From positions 25,372 to 89,371 of the forward strand of contig CANFLQ010000001.1 of assembly GCA_947447995.1 (NCBI GenBank): a stretch of DNA of 64,000 nt, read 5' to 3'. The position numbers and the translations under genes were made by a program. This document shows positions 45,448 to 52,900 of this stretch, one piece after another. The notes below the pieces were generated by a model. The model saw only the letters and a program-made list of their open reading frames with translations. It made no database searches and was not told the origin of the DNA. This DNA comes from Bacteroidota bacterium. Its GTDB lineage: Bacteria; Bacteroidota; Bacteroidia; 2-12-FULL-35-15. The stretch's first letter is position 1; every line of letters starts with the position of its first letter.

Positions 45448-46404
45448 TTATTGAATTTTTAAAGCAAAGTACCCTGCTATATTATCACTTGTTCCGTTGT
45501 TAGGTATTTCTGTTGACATACCCTGACTTCCATCATTAATATAAGCTCTTACATAAATATAATTACCTGGCAAATATCCATTAGTAGAAATAGTTGTTTT
45601 GTGCATATACTTCCCCGTAATTCCTGTAAAATCATTTCCAGTTAAACTAGCAGACGAATATGTAATTGATGTTGATGTTGATGTTGTAAAAGAGAACATT
45701 GATTTTGATAATTTACAAGTATTGTTAACAAAACCTGTGGCGGAAGTAGAGTCGTCCGAAATTAAGAACCAAAGATCAATTGAGCTGTTTGCTGGAACCA
45801 TAATTGGAGCAATATTGCCTCCAGCTCTGGAATACGGACTAGATGTGTTTCCAGCGGAAAATGCTAAAAAGCCCGATATAACAGGTTGTTTATTCCCCAT
45901 TTTAGGATAGTTCCCAAACATATCTTTTGATCCTGCATTGATCCAGTTTTTAATCGCCAAAATATTATCGTCCTTTACGTTATTCCAATTATCTTGAGGA
46001 TACAGGGGCATTGTACCACTTCCCATAACCACTGTCATACGATGATATAAAATAGACGAATCTGCCTTATAAGGAAAAACCCTGTATCGAAACTTATTTC
46101 CGCTGGTGTTTACAGGTTTTTGATATACCATTGTATTATATGAGCTTGTAATTGTTCTATAATCGGGAGGAAAGGTACCATCGTGACAACCTGAATTTGC
46201 ACAAGTTGGTTGAAATATTTTAGATTGTAAATATGCAAAATTAGATGGGTCGATTGAAGCTAAATCGTTTATTAATATAGGCGCTTTTAAAGAAGAGTCA
46301 TCATAAGGATTTACAAATTTATCTTTTTTACACGCCGCAACAATTAGCAAACAAAGGCTAATACCAAATAAAGAAATAAATATATTTTTAGATTTTAGTT
46401 TCAT
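45448..46404 (-). CDS. Lipoprotein with a PSCyt-like (Planctomycete cytochrome-c-like) segment carrying C-x4-CH (operon gene 4)
   Basis: 318 aa. The leader ends IVAAC. LQSKIFQPTCANSGCHDG ... VFPYKADSSILYHRMT ... GTMPLY ... ILAIKNWINAGSKD follows the PSCyt domain pattern. Confidence 0.65.
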   Translation of the reverse strand: MKLKSKNIFISLFGISLCLLIVAACKKDKFVNPYDDSSLKAPILINDLASIDPSNFAYLQSKIFQPTCANSGCHDGTFPPDYRTITSSYNTMVYQKPVNTSGNKFRYRVFPYKADSSILYHRMTVVMGSGTMPLYPQDNWNNVKDDNILAIKNWINAGSKDMFGNYPKMGNKQPVISGFLAFSAGNTSSPYSRAGGNIAPIMVPANSSIDLWFLISDDSTSATGFVNNTCKLSKSMFSFTTSTSTSITYSSASLTGNDFTGITGKYMHKTTISTNGYLPGNYIYVRAYINDGSQGMSTEIPNNGTSDNIAGYFALKIQ

Positions 46405-46419
46405 ACAACCAACTAATTT

Positions 46420-47814
46420 TTAATTTTTATCAAACAATGATCCTGCACCTGATGCCAACATTCCTGCTCCCATTACTTCCGATTTTAACCCTAAAATATC
46501 GGCAATAGTTGGAACAATATCCGCTGTTTTCCATTGTCCGCTAAATGCAGGATTATTGGCACTATTTACAGTAGCGTTGAGCGGCATATTGGGGCCTGCC
46601 ATTAAACAAAATACATCCAGTGTATTAGTGTCTGAATGGTCGTAGCCATAAAAATTATTTTCCGAATCTTTAATCAAATTAGGGGTTAAATCCCTTCCGC
46701 ATTCAGGAACAGCAATAATAGTGGTGTTTCCAGCCATTACTGAATCTTTTTGAATAAAGTCCCACAAATGCCCTACAGCATGGTCGGCTCTATGAAGTGC
46801 TCTTAAATAACCAGTAAAACCACTGTGGCAAGTATCAACAGCACTTAAATTTACAACAGTTAATTTAGGTTTAAATTCTTTCATCACTTCACAAGCATAA
46901 CCAACTGTTGCTGTATCTCCATTTCCTGCATCTGCGTGAGCAGGAGGAAAAGCAATTGTTCCTGCAGCGGTTTTGGTAAACATGCTTTTCATAAATAACT
47001 TGATCTGATTTTTTTCATCATCGGTATTTCCCAAACTAGGAAATGATCTTCCAATATTTTCAAAACTATTGTCTAAAAAATATTTCATTTCGTACATGGG
47101 AGCTAACTGATCTAAAGGATGGTAAACCTTTGCGTCTTTTAAATATTGGTCGCCTTTAGGACCAAAAGTGATGGTTGGAGCAAAAAAGTTAGCACCATAT
47201 TTTATTCCATATCCTGGATGTTCACTGCTATTTAATAAAGGCAAAGAATTGCCTATGCCATTTCCTACAAACCAAACTTTTGATGCAGGAAAATCAGTAG
47301 GACCACCGTGTCTTCTCAAATATTCAAATATGGTAGGATTAATTGGACGTTGTTTTAATCCTTGAGAATACAAGGTATTGCCTTGCAACAAAGCGTTTAA
47401 TCCACCATAATGACCTGGCGAGCTACTTTTCATTTCAGTAAAAAGCATACCTTGTTGTTGTAAGCTTTGTGATAAAAGGGGGGTAAAAGGTGTTTGCCCA
47501 CCAGCACCTTTACCATATAATATTTTACTTGCTGGAGCTGCCCCTACAAGCATGTTGTTCATAATGTTTCCTGTTACATTTAACTCTGGTTTAGCCAATG
47601 TTTGTGCATAAGGCATTTGACTGGCCTTTAAATATTGTTGTCCTATACTTTCCTGATAACGCACTCCTCCAGCAAACATAACTAGTACCACATGATTGGC
47701 TTTTGGTGCAGCGCCAGTTCCTGCAAACAGTCTTCCAGATGGAAGAATATAAGGAACAATAAATGCTCCAGCAGCTGCTAATCCTGTTTTTTTTATAAAA
47801 TCTCTTCTTTTCAT
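46420..47814 (-). CDS. Tat-exported DUF1501-like / alkaline-phosphatase-superfamily protein (operon gene 3)
   Basis: 464 aa. Twin-arginine leader MKRRDFIKKTGLAAAGAF, plus VVLVMFAGG, VDTCHSG, PECGRDL and YGYDHSD blocks resembling DUF1501. Confidence 0.7.
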   Translation of the reverse strand: MKRRDFIKKTGLAAAGAFIVPYILPSGRLFAGTGAAPKANHVVLVMFAGGVRYQESIGQQYLKASQMPYAQTLAKPELNVTGNIMNNMLVGAAPASKILYGKGAGGQTPFTPLLSQSLQQQGMLFTEMKSSSPGHYGGLNALLQGNTLYSQGLKQRPINPTIFEYLRRHGGPTDFPASKVWFVGNGIGNSLPLLNSSEHPGYGIKYGANFFAPTITFGPKGDQYLKDAKVYHPLDQLAPMYEMKYFLDNSFENIGRSFPSLGNTDDEKNQIKLFMKSMFTKTAAGTIAFPPAHADAGNGDTATVGYACEVMKEFKPKLTVVNLSAVDTCHSGFTGYLRALHRADHAVGHLWDFIQKDSVMAGNTTIIAVPECGRDLTPNLIKDSENNFYGYDHSDTNTLDVFCLMAGPNMPLNATVNSANNPAFSGQWKTADIVPTIADILGLKSEVMGAGMLASGAGSLFDKN

Positions 47815-47838
47815 TTTAAAATGTATTTTTAACAGATA

Positions 47839-48354
47839 TTAGTAAAACATGTATTCATTGGATAAAGCAAATGAAACATATACTAATTCAGGTAATATGG
47901 TATCAGTAGGGGTTATGTGCGATGTAATATAATTATTAAAATATGTTTTTTCAGCTTCGGTAGGATTACGTATCAAAAAACGATTATACGTATCCAAAAT
48001 AAATTTATTAAGGTTACCTGCCATTTGAGCTTTAGTAGGTATTATTGTTCCTGGTTTATTCATCATATTGCTAACAACTACTTCCCTTGCTATTTCCTGA
48101 TCACCAATAGATTGCATACATTGGTTAATATCAAAAATTTGGTTGGCCGATAATGCCTTTTGAAACAAATTAGCATATAAAATAGCAACGTATTGCTCGT
48201 TTGTTTTTAGTTTTGTTTTTCCTGCGGTAGGTGGCAATAGTTCAACTTGATTCACGTCGTAAGATCTATCTTTTTCCTTCCTACACCCCGAAAGCGTTGT
48301 AGTTATAACAAATGTCAGACATATAATGGTTCTTAAAATATATTGTTTGTTCAT
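47839..48354 (-). CDS. Lipoprotein with helix-x-P-x3-E repeats (operon gene 2)
   Basis: 171 aa. The leader ends TLSGC. Motifs YVAILYANLFQKALSANQI and FILDTYNRFLIRNPTEAEK. C-terminal ALSNEYMFY. Confidence 0.6.
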   Translation of the reverse strand: MNKQYILRTIICLTFVITTTLSGCRKEKDRSYDVNQVELLPPTAGKTKLKTNEQYVAILYANLFQKALSANQIFDINQCMQSIGDQEIAREVVVSNMMNKPGTIIPTKAQMAGNLNKFILDTYNRFLIRNPTEAEKTYFNNYITSHITPTDTILPELVYVSFALSNEYMFY

Positions 48355-48361
48355 TCCTTAT

Positions 48362-49279
48362 TTATTTAAAGTTTGCATATTCGTTGGTTCCCATAATTCT
48401 CATCTGTAATTTTTGAAGATTATGATCCTTATAAAAAGTCATCATTTCGGTATAAAGCTCCTGTGTTGATGGTTCCCTTGCCAATAAATTTTTATACATC
48501 CACCTTACTATACCCTCGTAAAATTCTTTAGAATTAACTAACACCTGAATGTAATCCCCCTTACTTTGCCCTGACATTCCCATTAATACAGACGGAAGAT
48601 TATGCTCTACCATATCATAAGCTGCATTAAATTCATTGGCTGTTGGATATCTAAAAAGCAAATCGTTAAAGGTGGCATTTATAAAATTAAAAGAATTCAT
48701 ATTTATTTTATCATAAATAGCATTGTTTACCATTTGAGCAAATACATCTTTTATCTGAATGGAATCTGTTCGGTAATTTTGCTCACAATTCATAGTTTCC
48801 ACTAAATTTCTTACTTGTCGTTTATCTAAGGAAAAATTTAAACTGTCGCCAGCTATAGAATCCGAAATGGCTGCAAATGAAATTTCACCCAATCTTTCAT
48901 TAATTGCAGCATTGGATGCAGCTTCCAGCACCCTAGCTTTGCTTAATTCATAAAACCGATTATAATACGCGTATTTGTAGGACGAGTCGCCAGGAATGTA
49001 AGCCGTATTGGTTTGTAATTTAGTAATCAATTGTTCTCTGGATATTACACTAAGTCCATTTGCTCTTAATGTATTTTCTTCACTAATCATTTCAGCATCC
49101 AAGGGTTCGCGACCTATCAAATCAATAAAAAGGCGATTGATATAGTTTTCTAAGGTTACTTTGGGAATTGCACCGTAATAAGGAGCATTGTTATTTGTAT
49201 AAATTATAACTTCCGGATCTTTCTTACAACTCGAAACAATAAGCAGTATAAGAGATAAAGGGAATAAAAATTTTTTCAT
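48362..49279 (-). CDS. Lipoprotein with three DUF1549/DUF4214-like helix-GxxP repeats (operon gene 1)
   Basis: 305 aa. The leader ends LIVSSC. Motifs YINRLFIDLIGREPLDAEM, FINATFNDLLFRYPTANEF and IVRWMYKNLLAREPSTQEL. Confidence 0.65.
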   Translation of the reverse strand: MKKFLFPLSLILLIVSSCKKDPEVIIYTNNNAPYYGAIPKVTLENYINRLFIDLIGREPLDAEMISEENTLRANGLSVISREQLITKLQTNTAYIPGDSSYKYAYYNRFYELSKARVLEAASNAAINERLGEISFAAISDSIAGDSLNFSLDKRQVRNLVETMNCEQNYRTDSIQIKDVFAQMVNNAIYDKINMNSFNFINATFNDLLFRYPTANEFNAAYDMVEHNLPSVLMGMSGQSKGDYIQVLVNSKEFYEGIVRWMYKNLLAREPSTQELYTEMMTFYKDHNLQKLQMRIMGTNEYANFK

Positions 49280-49462
49280 TTTGTTAATAGGAGATAAAAT
49301 TTAAACAGGCGCTAAATTATAGTTTAATTTAATGTTTTGTAAACGTACAAAAAAATATTTTTTTATAAAACAGATTTCATTTATTTAATACAATCTAAAA
49401 ACAAATCGTTTTGGTAAAGCTAATTTAGTATTTTTACTTCCAATTCATTTATTTAAAAAATT

Positions 49463-49966
49463 ATGGCAATTAATTTTAAAACAAAACTGAAAGGAGTAAA
49501 AACCTTTATTTTTGATGTGGACGGTGTACTTACCGACAATACAGTAACGCTTTTGCCTGAAGGAGAACAAGTGCGTACCATGAATATTAAGGATGGATTT
49601 GCATTGCAATTGGCTATAAAAAAAGGGTATAAAATAGCCATTATTTCAGGCGGAAAATCCGAAATGGTTCGTAAACGATTAAATGGATTAGGTATTTTTG
49701 ATGTGTATTTAGGTGCAAGTGATAAAATAGAACAATTTAATGAATATATTTTAACATATAATTTGAATCCTGAAGAAATACTTTATATGGGCGATGATGT
49801 ACCCGATTATGATGTAATGAAACGCATTGGAGTACCAACCTGCCCTAATGATGCTGTTCAAGAAATTAAAGGTATAAGTATTTATGTTTCCGATAAAAAA
49901 GGTGGAGAAGGTTGTGTGCGTGATGTTATTGAACAGGTAATGAAAGTTCAAGGGGCTTGGCTTTAA
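49463..49966 (+). CDS. kdsC: 3-deoxy-D-manno-octulosonate 8-phosphate phosphatase (HAD-IIIA)
   Basis: 167 aa. FIFDVDGVLTD, IKDGFALQLA and YMGDDVPDYDVM are HAD motifs I-III in the KdsC arrangement. Confidence 0.88.
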   Translation: MAINFKTKLKGVKTFIFDVDGVLTDNTVTLLPEGEQVRTMNIKDGFALQLAIKKGYKIAIISGGKSEMVRKRLNGLGIFDVYLGASDKIEQFNEYILTYNLNPEEILYMGDDVPDYDVMKRIGVPTCPNDAVQEIKGISIYVSDKKGGEGCVRDVIEQVMKVQGAWL

Positions 49967-49996
49967 ACTAATCCCATGCTCCCTTGAACATTGACT

Positions 49997-52900
49997 TTAC
50001 CTTACCAAAGTTATATTTCCTAGGTATTTTTTTTCTTTACCAAAGCCATCTTTAATTACTATCGAGTAAACATATATATCCTGAGGACAAGCGGCTCCTT
50101 TGGTGTCATCACCTTTCCATGCAGCAGTTATATCTGTTGTATAAAACAATTGTTCTCCCCAGCGATTAAATATTCTAAACTCAAAACCGTTAGCGGTTAA
50201 TCCTGAAGATTTAAAACTAAATCCATCATTCACTCCATTCTCATCAGGGGTAAATGCATTTGGTATGTAAATTAATAAGTCAGGAATAATTCTTACATCA
50301 TGAAAAACGCTATCAACACAACCTCCGTTAGAAACCACGCGCAACCCAATAACAAATGTGCCTGTATCTGCATAAGTGTGTTGAGGATTTTGCTCTATTG
50401 AAGTTCCTGCATCGCCAAAATTCCAAGTCCATGAAGCAGCATTTGTAGATTTATCAACAAATGTAATGTTTGCTTTACTTAAATTAATAGTTGATAAATC
50501 ATCGAATGCAGCAGTAGGAACAGGGAATGCCGTTACCCTTCCTACTCCCGTAGAAGAACAGTTTGCTACCGATTTTCCTGTAACCGTGTAAAGTGTTGTT
50601 ACATTTGGGTTTACCGTAATGCTAAAACCGCTAGCTCCTCCTGGCATCCAAATATATGTTGATGCTCCATTTGCTGTTAGTGTGGCTGGCAAACCAGCAC
50701 ATATACTTACACTACTAACTGTAACAGTTGGCGTTGTTATTACTACTACCTTACTAATAACAGTACTTGAACAACCCGCAGTAGTGCCTGTAACTGAATA
50801 AGATGTTGAGGTTGTTAATGCAGGTGTTGTTACCGTTGGCGTTGAACCAATATTAGGCAACCACGCATAGCTTGTAGCTCCTGTAGCTATTAAACTTGCT
50901 GTTTGTCCCGAACAAATAGTTACACTATTTACTCCAACAACAGGTATTGGATTTACACTAACCGTTTTTGAAGCAGTAGCGGAACAACCTGCTGTAGAAG
51001 TTACAGTTACAGTATATGGTGTAGTGGTTGCTGGACTAACTGTTATAGAGTTTCCTAAACCGCCAGACGACCACGCATAACTTGCAGCCCCTACTGCAGA
51101 TACCGTTAAAATGGAGGATTGTCCAAAACAAATTGAGCTAGGAACAGCTGATATGATTGGAACTGGCGTAGCATTGACATTAACAGTGGCATACGCTACA
51201 CCATTACAGCCAACTGTTAGTCCTGTTCCAGTAACTGTATAGGTAGTAGTAACCGTTGGGTTTACATTAATTGACGATGTGGTTTGAACTGGTATTGTTG
51301 ACCATGAATAGGATGTACCGCCATTGGCTGTTAATGTTGCTCCTGTAGAACCGGAACATATTGTTGCATCCGTTGTTAATATACTTGGGGCTGAACCTAC
51401 CGTAATTTTACCAATAGCTGTAGCTGTACATATTCCTATAGTACCTGTTACAGTATAGTTAGTAGTGGCAATAGGGCTATCGGTTAATTTTGATCCTGAA
51501 GAAGTACCCCCTCCTACCCAAGTGTAAGTGGTTGCCCCTGTTGCCGTTAATGTTGCTGGAGTTCCAGGACAAACCGATGCTGGAGGCGGTATAATGCCTA
51601 CTACAGGAGCTTGAGTAACGGTAATTGTACTTGTTGCTGAAGAAAAGCAACCTGAAGTTGTGCCTGTTACTGTATAGCTTTGTGTGCTTGCAGGATTATG
51701 AGTTAAATTTTGATTGCCTGTACCTGAAGGTGTTCCGCCACCTACCCATGTATAGGAAGTAGCTCCGGTAGCTGTTATTGTTGCCGTAGTTCCTGCACAT
51801 ATTGTTTCCGATGTTACAGAGGTTACAGGACTTGGATTTATTGTAACTACTACAGAATCTTTGGCAAGCGAACATCCACCACCAGCAGCAATTGTATTTG
51901 TTACTGTATAAGTATTAGCGGTACTTCCTACCAAATTAATCTCTCCTGTAAATTTATTTACAAAGGATAAACCTGATGGTGATACCGAAAATACTCCAGG
52001 AGTAGCGCCCAACAATTGAGTAATTTTAGGGTTAACTGTTGCTGTTTTACAATATGGTCCAGCATAACTAAATGTAGCATCTGGTATACCTACAATAGTA
52101 ACGGTTAATGTATAGGTGTTTGAACAAACTCCAGCAGTAGTTGTATGTATTATATCGTATTTGCCCAAAGCCGTTGCTGCGTCTACACTTATAGCACCTG
52201 TTGAAGTATTTAAGTTTAAAGCACCTAGAGGGGTAGTACTAAAGTTTCCGCCAACTGCCACTGTAGGTGTATATGTACCAGTTACATTACAAAAAGTAAC
52301 ACCTGAGTAGCTAAAGGATGCGTCATCTGGTGGCGTTACAGGAATAGTTACAACCGTAAATCCTGTACAACCATTTGCTGCTCCAGTAACAGTATAAGTA
52401 ATAGTTGTTGTTGGAGTGGTAGTAGTTGTTGCTCCTGTAGTAGCAGTAAGAAAATTAGGCGGTGCCCATGTGTAAGTATTTGCACCTGCAGCAGTTAATG
52501 TATTACTAGCTCCAATACAAACACTACTGTTACCTAAAACGGTAATATTTAGTGATGGAGTAACGGTAACATCAGCAACAAACGTGTTGCTACAGCCATT
52601 AACATCTTTACCTGTTACCGTATACGAAGTTGAAGTTGAAAGTATAGAGCTTGTAAACGAGGCATTGGTAGATGCTCCTGGTTGCCACATATAACTAACC
52701 ACACCACCAGAAGCAGTTAAATTTGCACTTTGTCCTTGACAAATTGTAGCGGAATTGGATGTAATAACAGGTAAATCATTAATAGTAATGCTTCCGCTTT
52801 CAACTTCAGGACCACAGCCACCTGAGGTAGTTACTGTATAATTAAATACTCCAACTTGTGTAGATGTTCCATTTATTGTAAGTGTTCCCGACGCAAACGC

